A program made the position numbers and the translations under genes. The notes beneath the pieces were generated by a model. It was given only the letters and a program-made list of their open reading frames with translations, was not told the origin of the DNA and did not search any database. From assembly GCA_963805085.1 (NCBI GenBank), contig CAWDTA010000002.1, forward strand, positions 1,120,001 through 1,184,000: DNA of 64,000 bases, in the 5' to 3' direction. The stretch is from an uncultured Veillonellaceae bacterium. Its GTDB lineage: Bacteria; Bacillota; Negativicutes; JARBTT01. Shown here piece after piece: positions 20,180 through 33,848 of the stretch; the stretch's first letter is position 1, and every line of letters begins with the position of its first letter.

Positions 20180-20239
20180 ATCGAAGGAAACAAATATATA
20201 AGTTAGTCTAATTTTTATTTGCTAAAAAGGAGAGTATAT

Positions 20240-21436
20240 ATGAGTACTGTACAGTTGTGGACAAAAAACTTTATCGCTTTGATTTTATCCAATGCATTAA
20301 TGTTTGGAGGATTTCATATTTTGCTTCCGACGCTTCCGGTTTATGCTGCATATAACGGAGCAACAGGGACACAGATTGGGATTATTACTGGAATCTTTGG
20401 AGTTTCAGCTATCTTTATTCGACTTTTTACAGACTTAGGTGTAAAAACCATGGGAAAGAAAAATTGTTTGTACATTGGTTTACTTATTTCATTGATTTGT
20501 ACTATTAGTTATGCTGTATTTTCTTCAGTAGAAGGAATGATTATCACGAGGGTATTACATGGTTTTGGCTTTGGACTCACTACTACTTTTTCGGCTGCGA
20601 TTGCTGCAGATATTATTCCTGGATCGCGACGCGGCGAAGGTATAGGATATTTTGGTCTAGGAAGTACAGTCGCGATGGCTTTGGGGCCAGCTATTGGTGT
20701 CTGGTTAATTAGTGACTATGGATTTGTAGCTATGTTTATAGCTTCAGCAGTAGGTACTGGTATTGCTCTATTAGGAACAAAATTTTGCTATGTTCCTAAT
20801 AATGCTATTGCTAAGAAAAAAAATGAACTTCATGTATCTTTATTAGATAAGTTTTTTGAAAAAGGTACAGGAATTCCATCTTTACTGACAATGCTATTTG
20901 GAATTAGTTATGGAAGTGTTAATACCTTTATCGCAATGTTGGCACAGGAAGCTCATATTGCGAATTCTGGCTATTTCTTTATAGTCGGTACATTATGCGT
21001 GTTCCTATCTCGTCCGATAGGAGGAAAAATCTTTGATACAAAAGGTGCCGCGTGGATTATATTACCTGGATCAATTTTTTTACTTTTAGGGTTAATTGTG
21101 CTTATTAATACGAAATCGCTTAGTATGCTATTAGGAGCTGCGGTATTATATGGATTCGGTGGAGGCTTTTTACTTCCATCGCTCATCACATGGATGCTAA
21201 ATTTAGTACAGCCTAGTCGGCGTAGTGCAGCTAGTGCTACTTTTTATAATATGCTGGATGTTGGAACGAGTGCAGGCGCTATTTTACTTGGCATGGTAGC
21301 TGAAAAAACAGGATTTATTAGTATGTACAAGTATTCTGCTGGTGCTATGGTACTTTTTTTAATCGTCTTTGCACTTCAAACTTTGATAAGTAGAAGTGTT
21401 AGTGAGAAAAAAGAAGAGCTAATTGAGACTAAGTAA
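20240..21436 (+). CDS. MFS transporter (possible polyketide exporter)
   Basis: ~12 hydrophobic segments; WTKNF N-terminus; RRGEGIGYF motif; RBS aaggag before ATG 20240. Confidence 0.88.
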   Translation: MSTVQLWTKNFIALILSNALMFGGFHILLPTLPVYAAYNGATGTQIGIITGIFGVSAIFIRLFTDLGVKTMGKKNCLYIGLLISLICTISYAVFSSVEGMIITRVLHGFGFGLTTTFSAAIAADIIPGSRRGEGIGYFGLGSTVAMALGPAIGVWLISDYGFVAMFIASAVGTGIALLGTKFCYVPNNAIAKKKNELHVSLLDKFFEKGTGIPSLLTMLFGISYGSVNTFIAMLAQEAHIANSGYFFIVGTLCVFLSRPIGGKIFDTKGAAWIILPGSIFLLLGLIVLINTKSLSMLLGAAVLYGFGGGFLLPSLITWMLNLVQPSRRSAASATFYNMLDVGTSAGAILLGMVAEKTGFISMYKYSAGAMVLFLIVFALQTLISRSVSEKKEELIETK

Positions 21437-21531
21437 AAATGGCGTATAAATAAAAGTAATTGTATTTTCGTTGAATGTCCAAGATGAAATCTAACTTTTA
21501 CACTTCCAGTTATGCTGGAAGCCTTTTTCTA

Positions 21532-21579
21532 TGGGGCTGATAATCAGGATCGAACCCACGACCCACTCGTTACAAATGA
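21532..21579 (-). pseudogene. degenerate 3' half of tRNA-Thr (att-like remnant)
   Basis: About 80% identical to 49103-49150; runs from the anticodon arm to CCA and is followed by a terminator-like hairpin at 21503-21528. Confidence 0.75.
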
Positions 21580-21620
21580 AAATATAAACTTTAGTTTACG
21601 TTTTACTATGTCTCGGAACT

Positions 21621-21672
21621 AAATAAAATCAAGGATTATAAAGATTTTTCTTTATAATCCTTGATTTTATTT
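21621..21672. terminator. long perfect hairpin, probable bidirectional terminator
   Basis: 24-bp perfect stem aaataaaatcaaggattataaaga / tctttataatccttgattttattt between convergent genes. Confidence 0.65.
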
Positions 21673-21862
21673 TACATATTTTAGAAAATAAATACTAGAT
21701 GATAACGCTTGGCAACGTTTAGTTGTATAGTCATATAAGAATTTCAAAAATAAACTCTGTGTTTCGTTGAGTTCCGCTGGTTCTTTCGCTCTTATTTTTG
21801 GACCCATCTTTTATTTTAGCTTCAGCCCCAATAACCTCTTTTCGCAACTTAACTTTTTGCAC

Positions 21863-23341
21863 TTAGATTATACATTCGCGACTCGAATAATTAGCGGCGA
21901 TTTTTTTCTCAGCATCCGTTAATAATCGTTTACGCAATACAACTTGCATTTCGTCAACGGCACGTGGAGTAGCAAGAATCTCAGCCAAGGAGGCATGGTT
22001 CGCTTGCATGGCAAGTCCGGCGGAATTCAGTGTAAATAGATTTTCCACTAAGTCAAATCTCGCTTCCGTCCAACCAACATACCAACTCCATTCCGTATAA
22101 TAAAGCCAGCTCTTTTCATTAAATGCCCGCACATGAGTTGGATCCTGCCATGCTCCACAAGACAAATCATAGGGAACATTAATTTTAAAAACACCTCCTA
22201 CTTTTAATAATTTCAAACACACGGTCATCGCCGTAATTAACTCCCTAATATGTTCTAAAACATGACTTGCAATAATCTCATCGAAGGAGTCTTCCTTGAT
22301 CGTTATTATGCCAAATCGTGCAGTTGCAACTTCCTTATTTAAAGGAAAATTATTACTTATGTCAGCAACGACATCAGGCTGCCAATACTGGTTTATATCA
22401 ATATTCAACCAATCTGGCCGAAAAAGCTTCCCACTGCCAAGGTTTATAATTGTTGGTAGCTGTTGTAATTCATTTTTAACAAGGGTTTTTTCAGTAATCA
22501 CGTCACGCAAAATATCGATTTCATTTCTTAAACTAAAACTTTCAAACCCATTCTTCTCCAATAGTTGGCGTTTCTCATCATTGTTAACAAGCTTGATACA
22601 GGTTTCAACAAGTTTATCATAAGGTACTAAAGCAACGGCTGTTCTTAAATCATCAGCAATTTCAGTGTTGTCATTGCATTCAGCGACAACTGCTTTATGA
22701 TTAGCTAATAAATAAGATATTCGAACAATCTCAAATATACTAGAAGCATAAAAATGAATATTAATGATTACTTTGGCCCGGGCAATAGCTACATCTCTTT
22801 CCTTTCCATATACACCAAATAAAGTAACAACAGTAAGCCCACTTTTTTTTAGCTCTTCCATAATTTTTTCACGCCTTACATTCATAGAACCATAAAATAA
22901 AACATCAATATCTTGGGGTGAAACTGGGGCGATGCAGGTCAACTCTGGTACATAACCGATTGGCACATAATATAAAAGATTTTTACAACCCATTTTTCTA
23001 TATTTTTCAATATTGCGTTTGCTATAATCCCATACAGTAAACCTCTTAAACAAAGGCAGCGTTGCAGCGTTAAGCATAGATTTCGAATCAAATTGTTCTA
23101 AATTATAAATAATTGAAGACAAAGGAATTTTATCAATCAAGTCTGCCGTTATAAGATGGATACCTAAGATAATATTAATATTGTCCATTGAAAAGTCGTT
23201 TTCTGTAATTATGATGTTATACCCTAGTCTTTCTATTCCATACCTTAGCATTGTTGCGACCTCTCGAAACCCATCGGAATGTTGATATCCCTGTGGACGA
23301 ATAATTACAATTTGGTAGGTAGTCAAACATACAGGTTCCAT
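21863..23341 (-). CDS. glycosyltransferase-like (GT-B/CgeB-like) domain fused to class I SAM methyltransferase
   Basis: N-terminal DIDVLFYGS...RAKVIINIH...FEIVRISYLL; C-terminal INLGSG, ASHVLEH, LKVGGVF, QDPTHVR (Methyltransf_11-like). Confidence 0.75.
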   Translation of the reverse strand: MEPVCLTTYQIVIIRPQGYQHSDGFREVATMLRYGIERLGYNIIITENDFSMDNINIILGIHLITADLIDKIPLSSIIYNLEQFDSKSMLNAATLPLFKRFTVWDYSKRNIEKYRKMGCKNLLYYVPIGYVPELTCIAPVSPQDIDVLFYGSMNVRREKIMEELKKSGLTVVTLFGVYGKERDVAIARAKVIINIHFYASSIFEIVRISYLLANHKAVVAECNDNTEIADDLRTAVALVPYDKLVETCIKLVNNDEKRQLLEKNGFESFSLRNEIDILRDVITEKTLVKNELQQLPTIINLGSGKLFRPDWLNIDINQYWQPDVVADISNNFPLNKEVATARFGIITIKEDSFDEIIASHVLEHIRELITAMTVCLKLLKVGGVFKINVPYDLSCGAWQDPTHVRAFNEKSWLYYTEWSWYVGWTEARFDLVENLFTLNSAGLAMQANHASLAEILATPRAVDEMQVVLRKRLLTDAEKKIAANYSSRECII

Positions 23342-23566
23342 TTCAACACCTCATACCTTTTGGATATATCTATGTTAATCGTTTTAAGTATATGACTATA
23401 TTTAGCCATGTAGTCATATTGAGCGGAGATTTAAGGAATATATTGGTTGGCTTTCAAAACTTAACTAGTACACAAAAATTATATATCAATTCTGTTTCAC
23501 GTCGTTGTCACTCTATGCGTATTATAGGGTGATAACATTTTTTTTTGAAAAAGGAGGCTAATTATT

Positions 23567-24268
23567 ATGTCAGATAAAGATGAAGAACGTTATGGATGTC
23601 ATGGATGTCATGGATATAATGAGTGTAATGAGTGTAATGAGTGTAATGAGTGTAATGAGTGTAATGAGTGTAATAAATTTTCAACAGCATGTTTTATGAT
23701 CCCGGAACCAGGTGCTCAAGGAGCCACCGGAGCCACTGGACCTGCGGGTAGCTCTACTGGAGCAACAGGGCCAACAGGAGCAACAGGACTAACAGGAGCA
23801 ACAGGACTAACAGGAGCAACAGGCTTAACTGGTGATACGGCCCAAATAAGCGGGAGGGAAATTCAGTTACAAAATCCAGCAGTAGTATCTGTTGCATCCG
23901 GAGCACCTGTTTTGTTTGACACAACAGTAAGCGTTCAGTCACTTTTTATTGCATATAACGCATTGACAGGCACGATAACCATTACGGAGACAGGCGTTTT
24001 CTATATTAATTGGTGGGTATCAGTTGATGGGATGGAAGGCGGAGTAGATTTAGTGCCGACATTTTCCATAATTACTTCTGAAGGCGATAATGTAAGAGCA
24101 TCAAGTCCGATCATAACAGGACAATTGAGTGGAAATGCTTTAATTGAAGTTGTCGCCACCCCAATAAGCCCGGTGACTTTACAACTTGTAAATGCTACTG
24201 ATGCAACCATAGGCTATGGTGCAACGCCAATTAAGGCAGATTTAACAATTTTTAATGTAACTTTTTAA
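23567..24268 (+). CDS. short collagen-like protein with Cys-rich N-terminus and BclA/BclB-type C-terminal domain
   Basis: RBS aaggagg; (GCH)2 and (NEC)6; short Gly-X-Thr tract; beta-rich C-terminus ([18 protein letters not shown]). Confidence 0.85.
   Translation: MSDKDEERYGCHGCHGYNECNECNECNECNECNECNKFSTACFMIPEPGAQGATGATGPAGSSTGATGPTGATGLTGATGLTGATGLTGDTAQISGREIQLQNPAVVSVASGAPVLFDTTVSVQSLFIAYNALTGTITITETGVFYINWWVSVDGMEGGVDLVPTFSIITSEGDNVRASSPIITGQLSGNALIEVVATPISPVTLQLVNATDATIGYGATPIKADLTIFNVTF
23618..23671 (+). repeat. 9-bp tandem repeat (aatgagtgt)x6 encoding NEC
   Basis: Six exact units read directly from the sequence. Confidence 0.95.
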
Positions 24269-24390
24269 TTTATAACCCATAGAAACTGCTGATTTGACAA
24301 GTCAAAATATAATAGGAAAATTAACAAGAATAGAAAGAGTCATGTAGATATATTGAACATGACCCTTTTCATAATATATGGCACATTGTG

Positions 24391-28258
<3,868 letters not shown>

Positions 28259-28274
28259 CAAAGTTACCTGTCTA

Positions 28275-28310
28275 AACAAGAGTTGGAAGCTAAAACTTCC
28301 AACTCTTGTT
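28275..28310 (+). terminator. stem-loop after collagen gene
   Basis: aacaagagttggaag / cttccaactcttgtt perfect stem. Confidence 0.6.
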
Positions 28311-28449
28311 ATGTTATTTCGTAATGAGATTCACTGTAGCGCGAATAACGACGAATTTGTTTTTGTAGAAAATGGAAGTGTATTTTTTATTAATAAACAA
28401 TGCCACCAATGAATATATTTGTAATATATTCCGGAGGAGGTATTGAAAA

Positions 28450-29562
28450 ATGAATGAATTGGAACAAAATTCAGCATCAGCAATAACCATCAGTCTATGT
28501 ATGATTGTAAAAAATGAAGCAGCAACGATTGAGCGTTGTTTACGATCAGTAGCTAGCGCCACTGACGAAATCATAATTGTTGATACAGGCTCTACCGATC
28601 AAACAAAAGAAATCGTCCGTCAATTTACTGATAAAATTTATGATTTTCCGTGGATAGATGACTTTGCGGCTGCGCGCAATTTCGCTTTTAGTCACGCATC
28701 GCAAGAGTATATTCTCTGGTTGGATGCCGATGACGTTCTATTGTCAAACGATTTACAAAAATTGCTACTGTTAAAACAGAATGCTGACGGAACAGTAGAC
28801 TCCTATACCATGAATTACAATGTATCCTTTGACGAAGCTGGCAATGTTGTTTCAACCTTGGGAAGGAATCGGCTTGTCAAACGGTCAAAACATTTTCAAT
28901 GGATTGGACCCGTTCATGAATGCCTAGTAGTTGGTGGGAAGATAGCTAATATGGATATCAGTGTAACGCATAAAAAGGAACATCACGACACTTACGACCG
29001 CAACCTGAATATCTATGAAAATCGCCTTGCAAAAGGTGAAACCTTTTCACCAAGGGATTTATATTACTATGCCAATGAACTAAACGATCACCAAAGGTAC
29101 GAAAAAGCCATTGAATATTATCGAAAAGCTTTAGATACTCAGTTATGCTGGGTCGAAGATAATATTTCCATTTGCGGAAAACTGGCCGACTGTTACAGTG
29201 TTCTTGGCGATGACCAAAATAAGTTAAACTATACGTATCTTTCCTTCAATTACGATACACCACGAGCAGAATTTTGCTGTCGCCTAGGCTTCCATTTTCT
29301 AGGCTTAAAGAGATATCAACAAGCTATATTTTGGTATACACTCGCGATTAACCTGCAAAAGCCTAAAGATCCTCTAGCTATGTTAAACAATGCCTGTTGG
29401 ACGTGGCTCCCCCATCTTCAGCTCTGTGTATGCTACGACAGAATCGGCAAATATGAATTAGCGTGCAAGCACAACGAAATAGCAGCAGGTTTTGTACCAG
29501 AGCATTCTGGAATTTTGTACAATCGCACATATTTCGAAAACCTCTTTAATAAAACTACGTAG
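28450..29562 (+). CDS. GT2 glycosyltransferase with C-terminal TPR repeats
   Basis: ISLCMIVKNE, VDTGSTD, DFAAARN, WLDADD, VHE motifs; helical TPR-like C-terminus. Confidence 0.92.
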   Translation: MNELEQNSASAITISLCMIVKNEAATIERCLRSVASATDEIIIVDTGSTDQTKEIVRQFTDKIYDFPWIDDFAAARNFAFSHASQEYILWLDADDVLLSNDLQKLLLLKQNADGTVDSYTMNYNVSFDEAGNVVSTLGRNRLVKRSKHFQWIGPVHECLVVGGKIANMDISVTHKKEHHDTYDRNLNIYENRLAKGETFSPRDLYYYANELNDHQRYEKAIEYYRKALDTQLCWVEDNISICGKLADCYSVLGDDQNKLNYTYLSFNYDTPRAEFCCRLGFHFLGLKRYQQAIFWYTLAINLQKPKDPLAMLNNACWTWLPHLQLCVCYDRIGKYELACKHNEIAAGFVPEHSGILYNRTYFENLFNKTT

Positions 29563-29627
29563 TCCATTCACCTAACGTAAGACCTCTCCTGTTACTACAT
29601 TGAATACTTCCTGTTTTTGCCGAAGAA

Positions 29628-29712
29628 GCTACTGGTTGAACTGGCGGAAGGATTGCATTTGATTCCGCAGACGATACTGCGCCGCTTACTGGAGCTCATT
29701 CCTACACGTTAA
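29628..29712 (+). pseudogene. internally deleted relic of collagen gene C-terminal region
   Basis: The 5' part matches ~27854-27892 and the 3' part matches ~28136-28175. Confidence 0.75.
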
Positions 29713-29788
29713 AGGTAGTGTGTACTAAAAGATTCATTTCCTGACATTCCTTTGGTCCTTTATAAAAAAGAAAGAGGTGATAAGCTAA

Positions 29789-30553
29789 ATGGAATCTACT
29801 GAATTTGTAACCATTGCCATTTTGGCAAAAGACAAAGCGCATGTATTACCTTTGTATCTTAATTTAATTGAGAATCAGACTTATCCCGCTGACAAAATCA
29901 AGCTTTATATACGTACAAACAATAATCATGATCAAACCGCAGTTTTGCTTGAGCAGTGGATAGAAAAAGTTAAGGATCGGTATTCAGAAATCTATTACGA
30001 TTCGAGCGATGTTGCAGACCCCATCCATGAATACAGTCCACATGAATGGAATGCATTGCGATTCCAAGTGTTGGGGCGGCTGCGCCAAGAGTCAGTAGAA
30101 TGGGCGCGAGCAAAAGGAACTCACTATTTCGTAGCTGATTGCGATAATTTTATTGTTCCTAAAACACTGGAAATGCTTCTTAATACCGGTTTGCCAGTCA
30201 TTGGACCCTTGCTAAGAAATGGTGATGATCCAGCCAGCTTATATTCTAATTACCACTACGTTACTGATGAAAATGGTTACTATAAAGGCTCGAAATTATA
30301 TTTCGAAGTATTATACCAGACAATTAAGGGGTTAATTGCGGTGGAAGTAATCCATTGCACTTATTTAATTCGGAATGATGTTTTAGATTTTGTCAGTTAT
30401 GATGATAAAAGTGGTCGGCATGAATATGTAATTTTTAGTGATACCTTAAGAAAGTCAGGTATACCCCAATATATTGACAATCGTCATAATTATGGAAAGC
30501 TGACTTTCTGCAATACAGCGGAAGATTTCCAGTCCAAGAATATAACAATATAG
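29789..30553 (+). CDS. GT-A fold glycosyltransferase resembling COLGALT/PLOD collagen-modifying domains
   Basis: QTYPADKIKLYIRTNNNHDQT, VADCDNF (DxD), LPVIGPLL, YSNY...ENGYY, VIHCTYLI, IDNRHNYGKL. Confidence 0.7.
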   Translation: MESTEFVTIAILAKDKAHVLPLYLNLIENQTYPADKIKLYIRTNNNHDQTAVLLEQWIEKVKDRYSEIYYDSSDVADPIHEYSPHEWNALRFQVLGRLRQESVEWARAKGTHYFVADCDNFIVPKTLEMLLNTGLPVIGPLLRNGDDPASLYSNYHYVTDENGYYKGSKLYFEVLYQTIKGLIAVEVIHCTYLIRNDVLDFVSYDDKSGRHEYVIFSDTLRKSGIPQYIDNRHNYGKLTFCNTAEDFQSKNITI

Positions 30554-30670
30554 TCCAATTTATTGGGTTCAGACCCAATGAATCAAGCGCTTGTCAAATC
30601 TAACAATAAGCAATATAGTATGGAAGAAATAAAGAAATAAAGAAATAATCCCGGAATTCGGAGGCTGCCA

Positions 30671-31336
30671 ATGAACGCAAATAAAATTTGTTTTGTAACC
30701 TGCGTAAACGATGAGAAAATGTACCAAAAATGTCTTTGGGATATTCAGCACCTTGAAGTTCCCGTTGGTTATGAGATTGAAACGCTGGCTATAAGAAAAG
30801 CTGTCTCAATGACTGGTGGTTACAATGACTCCCTACATCGGACAGATGCAAAGTATAAGGTGTATTTACATCAAGACGTATATATTATTAACAAGAACTT
30901 TCTTCAAGAAGTATTACATTTGTTTAAACATCCTCAAATCGGTATGATTGGTGTTGCTGGCTGCACGCAAATTCCTTTTAGTGGAATTTGGTGGGAAGCA
31001 GAGAATCTCTATGGGAAAGTTTATGATAGCCATGCGGGAATCATGGGATTACTTGCTTTTCATGAAGTGGAGAATGAATATAAAGAAGTGCAAGGTATTG
31101 ATGGGTTAATTATGATCACCCAATTTGATATAGCATGGCGAGAAGATATTTTCACTGGATGGCATTTTTATGACTTATCACAAAGTAGAGAGTTCAGCCG
31201 CGCTGGATATAAGGTCGTAATTCCCCGACAGTCGGAACCCTGGTGTATTCACGATTCTGGAGTGGCAAACATAAGTGGATATCATCATTATCGCCAAGTG
31301 TTTTTAAATGAATATTGCCCAAAACAATTTCTTTAA
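30671..31336 (+). CDS. GT2-like glycosyltransferase (Glyco_tranf_2_5/StrF-like)
   Basis: ICFVTCVNDE, KYKVYLHQD, GMIGVAG, WHFYD motifs. Confidence 0.85.
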   Translation: MNANKICFVTCVNDEKMYQKCLWDIQHLEVPVGYEIETLAIRKAVSMTGGYNDSLHRTDAKYKVYLHQDVYIINKNFLQEVLHLFKHPQIGMIGVAGCTQIPFSGIWWEAENLYGKVYDSHAGIMGLLAFHEVENEYKEVQGIDGLIMITQFDIAWREDIFTGWHFYDLSQSREFSRAGYKVVIPRQSEPWCIHDSGVANISGYHHYRQVFLNEYCPKQFL

Positions 31337-31400
31337 GCCAATATGCTGAATCTGTCATAAGATAATAGATATCAAAGGTGTGTTACGTAATGGCAAAAAG

Positions 31401-31553
31401 ATGCTTTTACAGAATCGGACACCACAAATACATATTGATCCCAATGAATTAGCTGCAGCAGAATGGTTTGAACGCAGTGAAATTCCTGATGATTCAATGA
31501 AAGGCAGCATAGCCCATGAAATGATTGAAGCCTTTCGAATACAACTATGTTAA
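31401..31553 (+). pseudogene. C-terminal fragment of NADH pyrophosphatase (NudC-like)
   Basis: IHIDPNELAAAEWFERSEIPDDSMKGSIAHEMIEAF resembles a NudC C-terminus; no Nudix box upstream. Confidence 0.6.
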
Positions 31554-31991
31554 TAGAAATTTAAGAACAAGTTATTCAGGTTCGGGAAATTGCCTGCGCT
31601 TTGAGTAATCGGATTTACTCTGTTGCTTCCCAAAAGAGAGTCCTTCTAGAGCTGGATTCAACCTTGCTTTCATCTTATCATGGTGGTGCATATAAGAAAA
31701 AATATCAAAATCAGTTTAGATGAAATTTAGAATGGAGAAGATTCGAAAAAAATCAAGTAGCAAAAGTGGGGAAGAACGCTTTACCTGATAGTAAAAACTC
31801 TATAAATAATGAATCATCAGCAGCTTTCTATGATAAAATTAAAAATCATAGAAAGTTATTTTTTTTCTTAGGTTGATCCAATTGGTGCTATGTCTTTGCA
31901 TGTATGAGATAACTGGTTGAGATTACGAGCGTGAGAAAGTTATTTTTTGCGTAGATTCAGATATGAATTGAATTAGAAGAGGTGTATAAAT

Positions 31992-33812
31992 ATGGAGTCG
32001 ATTTTGTTTATTGCGCCGTTTCAAGAAATAGCCGATATTGCTAAACGCGTTATTTTGGAAATGGAACTATCCATACCCGTTATCGTTGCCAATAATGAAA
32101 CAGCCTTGCAGGCAATCGAAGAATTTCCCAACGCATCGGTGCTCATAAGTCGTGGTGGTACAGCGAATGATTTGAAAGTTTTACCGGAAAAGACGATTGT
32201 TGAAATCAATACATCGTTTACGGATATATTAATGGTTATAGAAAAAGCTTTGCGCAAAGGATATAAACGAATTGCTATCGTAACGAAGGATAATATTATT
32301 GATAATATAGAAACAGATTTTAATTTTCTAGGTACTAAAATACAAATTCGACCGTGTCATAGCGACCTTGACATAAAAAATAGGGTGCAGTCCCTGGGAA
32401 AAGATGGGGTTGACTGTATTATCGGCTGTAAACGGGCGGTTGAAGCGGCAAATGCTTGTGGTTTGCACTATGCGTATATTGAATCGGGCGAAATATCGAT
32501 ACGCAAAGCGATTAGCGAAGCAAAAAATATCGTTTATTCTAACGGGGTGGCAGAGCTTCAGTTGGAGCGGATGAATGCAGTCATTAATAATATACAAGAA
32601 GGCGTTGTGATTCTTGATCGTGAACAAAAACCGATATTTTCTAATAAAATTGCCAACGAAATATTAAGTGGTGAAAGTGAGTACGACTGGCGGAATAATA
32701 TACTAAAGAAGATGGCCGGATTTGACAAGGAGAAAATTGTTGAAATCGAGGGCAATCGAATTTTGTTAAAAAGTATCCCGCTAGAGGTTTATAACCAATA
32801 CAAAAATGATGTGTGGATTTTTGAGGAAATAAGCCGTATAGAAAAAGCAGAAAGAAAAATAAGGTTATCTATGTATAACAAAGGTTTCTATGCAAAGTGG
32901 CATTTTGAGGATATTATAACAGCTTCGCCAGTGATGAAACATGTTGTGATGACAGCCCAAAAATTTGCGCTGGCGAATTCTAACATCTTGATTTATGGTG
33001 ATACAGGAACAGGTAAAGAAGGCTTGGCTCAAAGCATACACAATGCAAGCGCCCGAGCGAAACAGCCGTTTATATCGGTGAATTGCGCATCGTTGCCACC
33101 TAGCTTGATTGAAAGCGAATTATTTGGCTATGCAGAAGGTGCTTTTACAGGGGCTCGTAAATCAGGGAAGCGTGGACTTTTTGAGCTGGCACATAAGGGG
33201 ACTATTTTTCTTGATGAAATTGGTGAAATGCCATTGGATGTGCAGAGTCGATTGCTGCGTGTATTACAAGAACGCGAAATCATGCGTATTGGTGATGATA
33301 GAATTATGCCGCTAGATATTCGTGTTATTTGTGCAACGAATAAAGATTTATTAAAATTATCTCAAACTGGAAAATTTCGTTTTGATCTGTACTACAGGAT
33401 TAATGTGCTGAAACTGCAATTACCTTCGCTAAAAAAACGGCGTGAAGATATTCTGCCGATTTTTTATCATTATTTAAAAAAGTACCATACAGATCGAAGT
33501 AATATTCCACAATTGGATGCGAAAAGTGAAAAGCGTTTACTGGACTATAGTTGGCCGGGAAATATTCGAGAATTAAAAAATATAGCAGAAGTCTTGGCTT
33601 TTGAGAGTGGAAATATTGATGCGGCGCAGGTGGCAGAAATTTTAGCGCCGAGTGCTGAGGGGCAGCAAGAAGGAATTTACGTATCGACAGATCTTTCTTT
33701 AAAAGAAATAGAGCGAGAAATCATCCAGCATTTATTAAAAAAGCATACAGCAGAAGAAGTTTGTGCAAAAATGGGAATAAGTCGTGTGACTTTGTGGAGA
33801 AAAACAAAATAG
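31992..33812 (+). CDS. sigma54-dependent activator, PrpR-like (PrpR_N-PAS-AAA+-HTH)
   Basis: GDTGTGKE, GAFTGA, FLDEIGE, WPGNIREL and Fis-type HTH (MGISRVTLWRK). Confidence 0.93.
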   Translation: MESILFIAPFQEIADIAKRVILEMELSIPVIVANNETALQAIEEFPNASVLISRGGTANDLKVLPEKTIVEINTSFTDILMVIEKALRKGYKRIAIVTKDNIIDNIETDFNFLGTKIQIRPCHSDLDIKNRVQSLGKDGVDCIIGCKRAVEAANACGLHYAYIESGEISIRKAISEAKNIVYSNGVAELQLERMNAVINNIQEGVVILDREQKPIFSNKIANEILSGESEYDWRNNILKKMAGFDKEKIVEIEGNRILLKSIPLEVYNQYKNDVWIFEEISRIEKAERKIRLSMYNKGFYAKWHFEDIITASPVMKHVVMTAQKFALANSNILIYGDTGTGKEGLAQSIHNASARAKQPFISVNCASLPPSLIESELFGYAEGAFTGARKSGKRGLFELAHKGTIFLDEIGEMPLDVQSRLLRVLQEREIMRIGDDRIMPLDIRVICATNKDLLKLSQTGKFRFDLYYRINVLKLQLPSLKKRREDILPIFYHYLKKYHTDRSNIPQLDAKSEKRLLDYSWPGNIRELKNIAEVLAFESGNIDAAQVAEILAPSAEGQQEGIYVSTDLSLKEIEREIIQHLLKKHTAEEVCAKMGISRVTLWRKTK

Positions 33813-33813
33813 C

Positions 33814-33848
33814 TTCAAAAATGAAATATATGAATTTCATTTTTGAAA
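33814..33848. promoter_or_regulatory. probable enhancer (UAS) for the PrpR-like activator
   Basis: Two TTCA-N4-TGAAA palindromic sites in an inverted arrangement, ~150 bp upstream of the sigma54 promoter. Confidence 0.6.

Noticed and set aside
21727-23400. 12-bp inverted repeat (tatagtcatata) flanking the GT-methyltransferase gene
   Set aside because: It is short and AT-rich, with no target duplication or transposase, so it could be chance.
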